Of a stretch of DNA of 64,000 nt, positions 19,870-29,169 are shown piece by piece. The notes under the pieces are model-generated. The model worked only from the letters and a program-made list of their open reading frames with translations. It had not been told where the DNA came from and made no database searches. The DNA comes from Candidatus Latescibacterota bacterium (GTDB lineage Bacteria; Latescibacterota; UBA2968; UBA8231): assembly GCA_965243025.1 (NCBI GenBank), contig CBDETY010000003.1:5088001-5152000 (forward strand), read 5' to 3'. Numbering within the stretch: position 1 is the stretch's first letter; every line of letters starts with the position of its first letter. The position numbers and the translations under genes are program-made.

Positions 19870-21993
19870 TCAGTACGTCAGGGAAACCACCCGGGACAAC
19901 CGGCCCTCTTCGGCATCCCCCGACACTTCGATCCTCACCAGGTACAGCCCCGGCGGCAGCAGGGAACCGGACAGGCCGCGTCCATCCCAGGAAATGTCAC
20001 TGTAGTTCCCGCTGACCTGCTCGGCGTCGCCGATGACGGCGACGGTGCGTCCGCTGAGATCGTGGACCTTTATCGAAACCGGCGTCGGAGCGGTTACGGC
20101 CAGCAGATTGTAGAGGACTTCCAGGCGGTCGTTGACGCCGTCCCCGTTGGGAGAAAACGGGTTCGGCTGCATCACGACTTCGTCGAGGAGGCGGGAGCTC
20201 GTGAGGACCTCGGGGCTCACCACCGCGGTGCCGGATTCGTCGTCGTCGTCCCCTTCCCCGAGAAACGCGGTGTTTCCGGGGGTGAGGGCCTGGAAGGCAT
20301 CCTCCCCTGTGGAAAGTCGAACCGCGCCCCCGAAATTGGTGCTGTAGGTCAGAACCTGGGATTTGAAACGCACCACCACCCGGGTGTGGTTGTCGCGGAC
20401 GTGGGGGAACCGCAGGGAAAAGCCGTCGTCGGCGACCTCGAGGATCTGGTACCCGTCGACGCTCGAAGTATCGTCCAGGCCGGTGAATTGCCGGCCGCCC
20501 AGGAGCTCGTCGTCGGCGCTGCGCAGTTCGATGGCGTCGATGCTCTCCGCGCGGGCGGGCGTGGATATCTCGATGGTGTCGAATCCGGTCAGGCCCGAGG
20601 ACTTGATTACCGCCAGGACGGAATAGATGAAGTCGATGGTCCGTGAGACATCCACCTCGCGGGGGAATATCTCGGCGTTTACGGAGTCGGCCAGGGGCGG
20701 AGAGGCGAAATCGATGCTCAGGGTTTTCAGGATCCGCGTGGCGCTGAGATCGGTGCTGTGAAAGGTGGCCTCGAACTGGAAATACCGCCGCGGGCTGGGG
20801 GAGATCGCCGGAGTTCCCGGGCCATTGGCCGCCGATTCCGGGTAGGGAGAGCTGAACGGGCTCCAGTTGACGAGGTCGTCGAGGATGTTTCCCCGCTCCC
20901 ACTGCCGGCCCTCGTCGTCGGTAGGCGGCAGGTTCTCGTACCCTTCGAGATCCATCTCCACGGTGGTGCTGTTGATGGCGAACGGGATTTCCTCCGCATC
21001 CGATATGCCGTTGAGCTTGCGGGTAAAGACGAACGGGGAGTCGTCGGTGCCTGTGCGGGTGCGAATTTCCAGGGAGGAGTCCCCGGGTTTGCCGACGATC
21101 TCCTCCGTCCAGCGCAGATCGGTCCAGGCGACCGGTTCCCCGGCGTCGAAAATGTCGGACAGGTAATGTCCGGTGGCGAAGAACCCCTCGCCGTAGATCT
21201 CGAGTTCATCGATCTCCCAGTTGATCGACGTCTTCGACTGCAGGCGGATGTGCCGCAGGACCTGCGGGGGATCGATGTCGATTTCGACCACCGGGCCGGG
21301 ATTGTCGCGTTCGGAGACCAGTTCCCTCCACACCGGGTTTCCCTCGTCGGTCAGTTGCAGCCCGTCGTTGACCAGCAGGTCGAACGCCCGCAGGTAGTCG
21401 TCCTCGAAGGGGGTCGTAGGCGAGGGCTGTACCGTGTTGCGGGGATAGAACCGTATCTTGTTCAAACCGATGCGGCTTCCGAGGTCGAGGACGATGATGA
21501 TCCCGAAGACCCCGTTGGGGATGTTCTTGCGCTCGAAAGCCTCGAGCTCGCCCCCCTCGTCGGCCTGGTCGAGCAACTCTGGAAGGATGAAGTTCTGCAG
21601 CTTGTTGCGGTCCAACCCGCCGGCGAAGCCGAAGCCCTCGGTTTCGCTGAACACGTTGGGGGCGTTGATATAGCCGCCCCGGGAGAGAGCGGTGGAGGCG
21701 ACGTTCTCCCCGGGGACCACCTCCAGCAGGTGCATGCTTCCGGGGACGCGCTCGCTGTCGACCTCGAGCAGGTTTCCGGGGATGTTGCCCTGCACCAGGT
21801 CGTTGGGATCGTCCCGGGACCGTGTGAGCGCGGGCAGGATGGCCTCCACCGGCGCGGTACCCTGCCCGCGCCAGGTGAGATTTCCCTCCTCGCCGATCAC
21901 AATCGTTCGCACCTCCGCGGCAAGGGGAGAAGTGGCCACGAGTAGACCGATCAACGGTGCCGTCAGCCGGCAGCAGTCGCGTGCCCGTATCAT
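19870..21993 (-). CDS. secreted protein with C-terminal FlgD-Ig/type-B-CTD-like domain (paralog 3)
   Basis: Signal peptide; VLDLG..KIRFYPR and LEIRTRTGTDD shared with the paralogs; C-terminus PNPFSPNGDGVND...PPGLYLVRI...VSLTY. Confidence 0.82.
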   Translation of the reverse strand: MIRARDCCRLTAPLIGLLVATSPLAAEVRTIVIGEEGNLTWRGQGTAPVEAILPALTRSRDDPNDLVQGNIPGNLLEVDSERVPGSMHLLEVVPGENVASTALSRGGYINAPNVFSETEGFGFAGGLDRNKLQNFILPELLDQADEGGELEAFERKNIPNGVFGIIIVLDLGSRIGLNKIRFYPRNTVQPSPTTPFEDDYLRAFDLLVNDGLQLTDEGNPVWRELVSERDNPGPVVEIDIDPPQVLRHIRLQSKTSINWEIDELEIYGEGFFATGHYLSDIFDAGEPVAWTDLRWTEEIVGKPGDSSLEIRTRTGTDDSPFVFTRKLNGISDAEEIPFAINSTTVEMDLEGYENLPPTDDEGRQWERGNILDDLVNWSPFSSPYPESAANGPGTPAISPSPRRYFQFEATFHSTDLSATRILKTLSIDFASPPLADSVNAEIFPREVDVSRTIDFIYSVLAVIKSSGLTGFDTIEISTPARAESIDAIELRSADDELLGGRQFTGLDDTSSVDGYQILEVADDGFSLRFPHVRDNHTRVVVRFKSQVLTYSTNFGGAVRLSTGEDAFQALTPGNTAFLGEGDDDDESGTAVVSPEVLTSSRLLDEVVMQPNPFSPNGDGVNDRLEVLYNLLAVTAPTPVSIKVHDLSGRTVAVIGDAEQVSGNYSDISWDGRGLSGSLLPPGLYLVRIEVSGDAEEGRLSRVVSLTY

Positions 21994-22071
21994 CGTGCGA
22001 CTCCGCGATAGAGGTGTGAATTCGCCCGCGATGTTACACCCGTCCCCGAGCGATTGTCAAGGATCATTCCC

Positions 22072-25026
22072 ATGCTGCCGCTGATCCCGGGAGGCGGGAT
22101 TCTCGCGGCGGGACTTGCCTTTGCAGCCGGCTGCAGCACTCCTCGCGCCACCGACGGCGACGGGGAATCGGCCGGCCCCGCCGCCGGGTCCGTCGCTCCG
22201 GGCGGCGGCGTGCGTTTCATCGACGTCACCGCCCGCTCCGGCATCGATTTCACGCACGTATCCGGGGACGAGCACCAGCGCTTCATCATCGAGACCATGG
22301 GAGGGGGAGCCGCCTTCCTCGACTACGACGCCGACGGCTACCTCGATCTGTACCTCGTCAACGGGGTGCGAGGCGGGGAAGCGCCCCCTGAGAGCAGCAG
22401 CCGGCTGTACCGAAACGAACCGGGGTTTCCGGACGGCCGCCGTTTCGCCGACGTCACCGCTGATGCCGGGGCGGGTGGACGGGGTTGGGGCATGGGCTGC
22501 GCCGTCGCCGATTACGACAACGACGGGGACGTCGATCTGTACGCGACCTACTGGGGCGCCAACCGGCTCTATCGAAACCGCGGCGACGGGGGCTTCGAGG
22601 AGGAGGCCGCCGCTGCCGGGGTCGCGGACGAGTCCTGGGGCACCAGCGCCGCATTCGGCGACCTGGATGCCGACGGTTTCCTCGACCTGTACGTGGCCAA
22701 CTACCTCGAGTTCGATCTGGAAGACCCGCCCAACGAGGGCAGGCCCTGCACCGGGTACAAGGGGCTCGAGGGATTCTGCGGGCCCATGGGGATACCGGGG
22801 CAGCCCGACCTTCTCTACCGGAACCTCGGGGAGGGCCGTTTCGAGGATATCACTGCTGCCGCGGGAATCGACCGGCATCGGTTGCCGGCACTCGGGGTCG
22901 TCTTCGCCGACTACGACGACGACGGCGACCAGGACGTGTACGTCGCCAACGACTCGGAGCCCAACCTGCTGTGGCGGAACGACGGCGGTTGGGTTCTCCG
23001 CGAAGCAGCGGCCCTGGCGGGAGCGGCGTACAGCGAGGAGGGCCGGTCCCAGGCGGGCATGGGGGTGGACTTCGGCGACTGGGACAACGACGGCGACCTC
23101 GACCTGTTCGTCACCAATTTCTCCGACGACGTAAACACCCTCTACCGGAACCTCGGGGACGGAACGTTCGACGACGCCACGGCTGCCGCCGGGTTGACGG
23201 GGTCGGTACGACCGCTCCTCGGGTGGAGCACAGCCTTGTTCGACGCCGACAACGACGGCTGGCAGGACCTTTTCGTCGCCAACGGCCACCTGTATCCCCA
23301 GCTGGAGATTCACCCGACCGGTCTGCGCTACCCCCAGCGGAACCTCTTCTACTGGAACCAGGGCGGGTATTTCCGGGAGGCGGGAACGGAATCCGGAGCG
23401 GCCATTGCCGAAACCAGGGTGAGCCGCGGGGCAGCTTTCGGCGACTACGACAACGACGGCGACGTCGACCTGCTGGTGGTAAACCTGAACGAAAGACCGA
23501 CCCTGCTGCGCAACGAGGGGGGAAACGCCAACTCCTGGCTCGGCATCGATCTGGAGGGGTCCGCCGGCAACCGGGACGGAATCGGCGCCCGGGTGAGCGT
23601 GACGGCAGGCGGCCGCACCCAGGTGCAGGAGGTGCGGCGCGGCTACGGCTACCAGTCGCAGAACGACCCCAGGCTGCTTTTCGGGCTGGGGTCCGCGCAG
23701 CAGGTGGAAACAGTGCATATCCGCTGGCCGTCCGGGCGCAGCCAGACTCTGAAGACTGCGGCCGCTCGCCAGTACGTCAAGCTGCGCGAAGGCAGCGATG
23801 AGCCGGTTGCGACCTACGGAGGGGCAGAGGCGGCGGGTGTTCCGCAGCATCTCGCAGAGGGCGGGCGCGCGGCTTCTGGCCGGTCTGCGGAACCCCGGGA
23901 CGCTGGCGGACCGGGCCGGGTGCCCGAAACCGGCGCCGGTGCCGGGAGGGAAGCGGAGGTGGCTGTCTACGGCGCCGAGCCGGACCCGGAGCCATCGGCC
24001 GGGGCCACCGCGGAGGAAAATTTCCTGCGCGGAGTCGAGATGCACGATGCCGCCCGCTACCGGGAAGCGGTGCCGCTGCTGCGGGAGGCGGTGCGCCAGC
24101 GCCCCGATCGCATCGAACCCTATTATTCGCTTGCGGTGACCCTGTACTCCGGGCTCGGGCAGAGCCGGGAGGCGCTCGAGGTGCTGGAGCAGGCCGTCGC
24201 CCGGGGCGCCGGCGAGGCCGAGGTCTTTCACCTCCTGGGTGCGGTCAGGTTGAGTCTCAACGATGCCGAGCGCGCCATCGGCGACCTCAACCGGGCGCTG
24301 CAGCTCGCCCCCGGGGAATGGAAGATCTGGAACCGTCTCGGGGTGGCTCACCTGCGCCTGCAGGACATCTCCGCGGCCACGGAAGCTTTCGAGCAGGCGG
24401 TCGCCGCGGCGCCTTATGCATCTTATCCCTACGCCCACCTCGCCAGACTGTACGATCGCCTGGGGCGTCCCGGACATGCGCGCGCGGCCAGGCGGCAGTT
24501 CGGGCGCTGGCGCCCGCTCCAGGATCGCCTGGACCGCTACCGCGAGGGGTTGCGAACCTTGCCCGACGACCCTGAGTTGCACTTTCTCGTCGGGCGCACC
24601 TACCTGATGCAGCAGCGGGGGCGCGAGGCCCAGGCCGCTTTTGAACGCGCACTCGAGCTCGACCCCGGATACGCCCTGGCTCACCACGGGCTCGGCGGCG
24701 CCCATCACCAGCAGGGACGGCTGGCTCGGGCGATCGCGGAGTACGAGCGCGCCTGCACCCTCGATACCGCCTTGTTTACCGCCCTCAACGATCTCGGGCG
24801 GGCCTATTACCAGACGGGAGACCAGCAGCGCGCGGTCGAGGTGCTCGAGCGGGCGCTGCGCCTGCGTCCGGACCTTGCCCGGGCCCACCTGAACCTCGGG
24901 CAGTCGTATGCCGCAATGGGGCGCAAGGCGGATGCCGTCGACGCGCTGGAGACCGCGGCGGCCCTCGACTCGAGTCTGCGGCAAACCGGGATCGCCCTGC
25001 GCCGGCTTCGGGAAATGGAGGAGTAG
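22072..25026 (+). CDS. CRTAC1-like FG-GAP repeat/ASPIC-UnbV lipoprotein with C-terminal TPRs
   Basis: Lipobox FAAGC; many DYDNDGDxD repeats; NRDGIGARV...GYQSQ..LFGLG; TPRs follow. Confidence 0.9.
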   Translation: MLPLIPGGGILAAGLAFAAGCSTPRATDGDGESAGPAAGSVAPGGGVRFIDVTARSGIDFTHVSGDEHQRFIIETMGGGAAFLDYDADGYLDLYLVNGVRGGEAPPESSSRLYRNEPGFPDGRRFADVTADAGAGGRGWGMGCAVADYDNDGDVDLYATYWGANRLYRNRGDGGFEEEAAAAGVADESWGTSAAFGDLDADGFLDLYVANYLEFDLEDPPNEGRPCTGYKGLEGFCGPMGIPGQPDLLYRNLGEGRFEDITAAAGIDRHRLPALGVVFADYDDDGDQDVYVANDSEPNLLWRNDGGWVLREAAALAGAAYSEEGRSQAGMGVDFGDWDNDGDLDLFVTNFSDDVNTLYRNLGDGTFDDATAAAGLTGSVRPLLGWSTALFDADNDGWQDLFVANGHLYPQLEIHPTGLRYPQRNLFYWNQGGYFREAGTESGAAIAETRVSRGAAFGDYDNDGDVDLLVVNLNERPTLLRNEGGNANSWLGIDLEGSAGNRDGIGARVSVTAGGRTQVQEVRRGYGYQSQNDPRLLFGLGSAQQVETVHIRWPSGRSQTLKTAAARQYVKLREGSDEPVATYGGAEAAGVPQHLAEGGRAASGRSAEPRDAGGPGRVPETGAGAGREAEVAVYGAEPDPEPSAGATAEENFLRGVEMHDAARYREAVPLLREAVRQRPDRIEPYYSLAVTLYSGLGQSREALEVLEQAVARGAGEAEVFHLLGAVRLSLNDAERAIGDLNRALQLAPGEWKIWNRLGVAHLRLQDISAATEAFEQAVAAAPYASYPYAHLARLYDRLGRPGHARAARRQFGRWRPLQDRLDRYREGLRTLPDDPELHFLVGRTYLMQQRGREAQAAFERALELDPGYALAHHGLGGAHHQQGRLARAIAEYERACTLDTALFTALNDLGRAYYQTGDQQRAVEVLERALRLRPDLARAHLNLGQSYAAMGRKADAVDALETAAALDSSLRQTGIALRRLREMEE

Positions 25027-25133
25027 TCCGATTCGCCGCACATATAGAGCACGCATCCCGCAAGCGTTATGCGAGCCGGTGTTTTGCGGCGGGCGCGGCG
25101 CGGGAAGCCCTTCACCGATCTGAAAGGAGACCG

Positions 25134-26606
25134 ATGCGAAGACACCGAACCATCTACTTCAACGACGCCCGCCACTACTACCTGTTCGTGTTCGAGCCCC
25201 CCATGCGCATGGAGGACGCATGGAAGCCTGTCGACGAGGTGGCCGGTACCGCGGTCGACACCCTCGCCTACGGGGTCAGCCGGGGGGACGGGCTGTTCTA
25301 CCCTTCCGAAAAGGGGCGGCGCTTCGGGGAGGACGTCGAAAAGATGACGATGGCGGCGTACTGGCGGGTGTGGGAGAACATGCAGAGCCTGATCGACCGC
25401 GGACTCGACCCGCTCCGGGTCCTGGTGGACCGCGCCCATGAAAAGGGGATGGACTTTTTCGCCAGCCTGCGCATGGGTGATTTCCCGGGGCTCGATCCCT
25501 CGTTCACGCTGCCCGGCGGCGGACGCGGCTACGTCCACGAGGAAACGCGGGACCACCAGTTCGGCGTCCTCGAAGAGCTGGCCACCCGCTATCCGGTGGA
25601 GGGGGTGGAGCTCGATTTCGCCGCGGCCCCCGCCGGTACGAGCTTCTGGCTCCAGCCGGAGGACGTCGAGGAGCACACCCCGCTGATGACGGACTACGTG
25701 CGCGGGATCTCGCGAATGGTGCGGCAGCGGCCCGGGAAGCCGGGGGTGCTGGGGGTCCGCGTCTACCCTGCGGAAGAGCTGAACCTCAAGGCGGGCCTCG
25801 ACGTGCGCGCCTGGCTCGAAGAGGGACTCGTCGACTACGTCGTGCCGCTGGTGTACGTCTTTTTCGTGCTCGATTCGCACATGCCCACTGATTGGCTGAT
25901 CGAGGCGGCGCACGCCAGCGACGTCTCGGTCTATCCCATGCTGCAGCCCTACTACAGCGACGGCAGCAGGCAGTTCCACAGCGTCACCAACGCCACGCCG
26001 GCCATGATGCGGGGCGCCGCCGCCAACAACCTGGCGCGGGGGGCCGACGGCATCTACACCTGGTTCATGCCGTGGCCCCTTGGCGAGAGCGAGCGCAACA
26101 CCTTGACCGAGCTGGGGGATCCCGAACTCGTCGCCGAGGGGGACAAGCACTATTTCCTGCGGCGGGCGAGCGAAGCCGCCGCCGGTCACGACTACCTGGC
26201 GCACCTGCCCCTTGCCCTTCCCCAGGCCGACGCCGGCAAGCCGTTTCAGCTGCCGTTCTACGTCGCCGACGATCCCGGCAACCCCCAGGTGCAGCGGGTC
26301 ACCTTGCGCCTCGGCGTCAGCGACCTGCTGAGCGCCGACAGGCTCGAGGTATCCCTGAACGGGGTGTCCCTGGCGGGCGAAACCTGCACGCGCACCGCGC
26401 TTCACCAGGTCGATCCCTACATGGGACAGTGGCTGGAGTTCGACTTGCGCTCGGTGCGGCCGCGGCAGGGGGAGAACGTTCTCGGCCTGGTGCTGCAGGG
26501 GCGTCCTGAGAACATCGATTCCGAGATCGCCGTCGAGGATCTGGAGATCGTCGTCAACTATGGAACCTTTCCCGCGGTGCCGGCATCAGGCGCCGGGGAG
26601 CACTGA
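25134..26606 (+). CDS. GHL10/DUF187-like TIM-barrel glycoside-hydrolase-like protein
   Basis: IYFND, DPLRVLVDRAHEKGMDFFASLRM, EGVELDF and GLDVRAW motifs; paralog of 27507..29126. Confidence 0.6.
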   Translation: MRRHRTIYFNDARHYYLFVFEPPMRMEDAWKPVDEVAGTAVDTLAYGVSRGDGLFYPSEKGRRFGEDVEKMTMAAYWRVWENMQSLIDRGLDPLRVLVDRAHEKGMDFFASLRMGDFPGLDPSFTLPGGGRGYVHEETRDHQFGVLEELATRYPVEGVELDFAAAPAGTSFWLQPEDVEEHTPLMTDYVRGISRMVRQRPGKPGVLGVRVYPAEELNLKAGLDVRAWLEEGLVDYVVPLVYVFFVLDSHMPTDWLIEAAHASDVSVYPMLQPYYSDGSRQFHSVTNATPAMMRGAAANNLARGADGIYTWFMPWPLGESERNTLTELGDPELVAEGDKHYFLRRASEAAAGHDYLAHLPLALPQADAGKPFQLPFYVADDPGNPQVQRVTLRLGVSDLLSADRLEVSLNGVSLAGETCTRTALHQVDPYMGQWLEFDLRSVRPRQGENVLGLVLQGRPENIDSEIAVEDLEIVVNYGTFPAVPASGAGEH

Positions 26607-26618
26607 AGGAGAGGGACG

Positions 26619-27467
26619 GTGTCCACGGGCGATCAGGTCCGGGCGGCGGAAGATCTGCCCCCGGTGTCGCGCGGGGTGAGCGACGAACTGACCCTGCTCA
26701 CCCCGGCTCAGCTGGAGCACATGCACGCCTTCGGGTACCTCGTGCTGCGGGGCCTGCTGACCGCGCCGGAGGCAGGCCGCCTGCAACGCGAGGCCGCGGA
26801 GATAATGGCCGCCGAGGGAGTCGACCATCCGGGCGGCCGGGCGCTCCAGCCCTTTTTCGAGCGCGGCCCCTTTCTCTCGCAGCTGCCTGCCGACGACCGC
26901 ATTTACGGACTCGGCGAAGACCTTCTCGGACCGGACTTTTTTCTCGATGGAACCGAAGGCAACCTGCACGCCGGGGACACCCCGTGGCACGGCGGGGACG
27001 GGCGCACATCGCAGGTTCTGCCCGAGATCAAGATCGCCTTCTATCCGCAGGCGCTTACCCGTGAAACCGGTTGCCTGCGGGTAATTCCCGGCAGCCACCG
27101 GATCGGCGAACGCGACCCGTTCGCCCAGCTGCGCAAGCGCCGCGACGACTTCGGTTTCCGCCCCTTCGGGGTGCACCCGGAGGAGGTGCCGTGCGTGCCC
27201 CTGGAAACCGAACCGGGGGACGTGGTCGTCTTCCACGAGGACGTGGTGCACGCGGCTTTCGGCGGCGGCCCGGGGCGTCACCAGCACGCGGTCAACTTCG
27301 CGGCTCACCCCCGGACGGGGGAACAGTTCGAACTGGTGCGCGAGCTCTACGCCCAACACAGGTTCGGGTTCCATCCCTCCGAGTCATACATAAACAGCGA
27401 CAACCCGCGGCTGCGGCGCATGGTCGCATTCCTGGTCGAAATGGGGTTTGAAACTTCCAGGGTGTGA
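26619..27467 (+). CDS. phytanoyl-CoA dioxygenase (PhyH) family Fe(II)/2OG dioxygenase
   Basis: GYLVLRGLL, TPWH, GCLRVIPGSH and PGDVVVFHEDVVHA motifs. Confidence 0.85.
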   Translation: MSTGDQVRAAEDLPPVSRGVSDELTLLTPAQLEHMHAFGYLVLRGLLTAPEAGRLQREAAEIMAAEGVDHPGGRALQPFFERGPFLSQLPADDRIYGLGEDLLGPDFFLDGTEGNLHAGDTPWHGGDGRTSQVLPEIKIAFYPQALTRETGCLRVIPGSHRIGERDPFAQLRKRRDDFGFRPFGVHPEEVPCVPLETEPGDVVVFHEDVVHAAFGGGPGRHQHAVNFAAHPRTGEQFELVRELYAQHRFGFHPSESYINSDNPRLRRMVAFLVEMGFETSRV

Positions 27468-27506
27468 AGCTGCAACCCCCCTGACCATGGTGGAAATGGA
27501 CTGTCG

Positions 27507-29126
27507 ATGGCGAGCAGAGAGCGCAGGATAATCAGCAACGACGACGGCTGGATCATGAACCTCGAGACACCGGTCACCCCGGAAACCATTGCGGAGGGCA
27601 TGGTCGCCACCTACCCGGGTTCGCCCGTTGGCGGAGTGTCCTGGTGCGTCGGCAACAGCGAGACCTTCGCCTACGAAACGGAGGTCGGCGAACGCTTTGG
27701 CGAGGGCCGGGAGCATTTCGCGGAGGAACGCAATTCATGGACGCAGCGAAATCTCCGCAGCCTGATCGAGTCATCCGGCGGCCCGATGCAGGAGATCGTC
27801 CGGCAGTTCCACGAGGCGGGCATCGAAGTGCTGCCTTCGCTGCGCATGAACAGCCACTACGACAGCCCTTTCGACTCGCCCGCACATGGCCGCTTCCGGC
27901 GCGATCACCCCGAGTGGCTCATCGGCCAGCCCTACGAATACATCCCCAGGCCCACCCTCGAATACGCCATCGCCCGCGGGGTGGACTACAAGTTCCCCGG
28001 CGTTCGCGAGCACATGGCCAGGATCGTTTTCGAACTGTGCGAACGCTTCGACGTCGACGGCATCGAGCTCGACTACTTCCGGCATCCTGCCTTCTTCCGG
28101 ATCGAGGAAGCCTGCTCCAACCGCTACCTGATGACGGACTTCGTGCGGCGCATCCGGCGGCGCCTCGACGAGGTCGGCGAGAAGCGGGGCAGGCATCTCG
28201 ACCTGCTCGTGCGCGTGCCGCCGACGCTCTACGACGCCAGGCGGATCGGACTGGACGTCGAGACCTGGATTTCGGAAGGACTGGTCGACATCGTCGCCGC
28301 GGGGGGCGGCTTCATGCCTTTCGAGCAGCCGATCCGCGAGTTCGTCGAGGCCGCGGAGGGGACCGACTGCCTGATCTACGGGAGCCTGGAGGCGCTGCGG
28401 TGGGCGCTGGACGAGGAGGTGCTCTACGCGCTGGCGGCGCGGTTCTGGGAGGCCGGCGTCGACGGGTTCTACCTGTTCAATTACTTCAACACCCCGAACG
28501 AGTGGAAGAAGCGGGTCCTTGGAAACATGGTCGACCGGCCGAAACTCCGCCGCCTGAACAAGCGCTACGAGCTCGACCATTCCGACCGCGTCGGCAGCAA
28601 GGAGCACCACGTGGGAGCGTTCCGGTACGCCCTGCCCTGGGCTTCGCTGCCGGTGTTCATGGAGGAGACGGAGCCCGGGGGCGGCGCGGTACTGACCCTG
28701 GACGTCGCCGACGACGTGACCGCCGCCCTGTCCGAGAGGGTCCTCGATTCCTGTACCTTGAGTCTCGGCTTCAGCCATTTCCCGCAAGGGGATGCGCTGG
28801 ATCTGCGTATCAATGGCGAGCCGGTGACCTGGGATACGCGCCGGGTTTCCGACGAGGGTTGGGGGCACACGGTGTTCGACGGCGAGGTGTACCATACGAC
28901 CATGCAGGAGGAGCGCGTCCAGGGCACCCTGATTCAGTTCGATGTCAGCGCCCGGTCGATCGCGAAGGGGGGAAATGAACTGGCGGTACGCCTCGTCAAG
29001 GGGCGCGGCCCTCGTTTCGAACCGGTTTTTCTCAAAGAAGTGCGGCTGGAGATCGGCTTCGCACAGGCCGGCACCATGGCGGACAGCGGCCAGGGGAACC
29101 CGCCCGATGGGCCGAAACAGAGCTGA
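27507..29126 (+). CDS. GHL10/DUF187-like glycoside-hydrolase-like protein
   Basis: ISNDDG, PSLRMNSH, RRDHPEWL, VDGIELDYFRH, GLDVETW and DGFYLFNY motifs. Confidence 0.65.
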   Translation: MASRERRIISNDDGWIMNLETPVTPETIAEGMVATYPGSPVGGVSWCVGNSETFAYETEVGERFGEGREHFAEERNSWTQRNLRSLIESSGGPMQEIVRQFHEAGIEVLPSLRMNSHYDSPFDSPAHGRFRRDHPEWLIGQPYEYIPRPTLEYAIARGVDYKFPGVREHMARIVFELCERFDVDGIELDYFRHPAFFRIEEACSNRYLMTDFVRRIRRRLDEVGEKRGRHLDLLVRVPPTLYDARRIGLDVETWISEGLVDIVAAGGGFMPFEQPIREFVEAAEGTDCLIYGSLEALRWALDEEVLYALAARFWEAGVDGFYLFNYFNTPNEWKKRVLGNMVDRPKLRRLNKRYELDHSDRVGSKEHHVGAFRYALPWASLPVFMEETEPGGGAVLTLDVADDVTAALSERVLDSCTLSLGFSHFPQGDALDLRINGEPVTWDTRRVSDEGWGHTVFDGEVYHTTMQEERVQGTLIQFDVSARSIAKGGNELAVRLVKGRGPRFEPVFLKEVRLEIGFAQAGTMADSGQGNPPDGPKQS

Positions 29127-29169
29127 CGGGCTCGCGGCCGGTGACTTCCAGACCAACCGGCGTTCCCCC

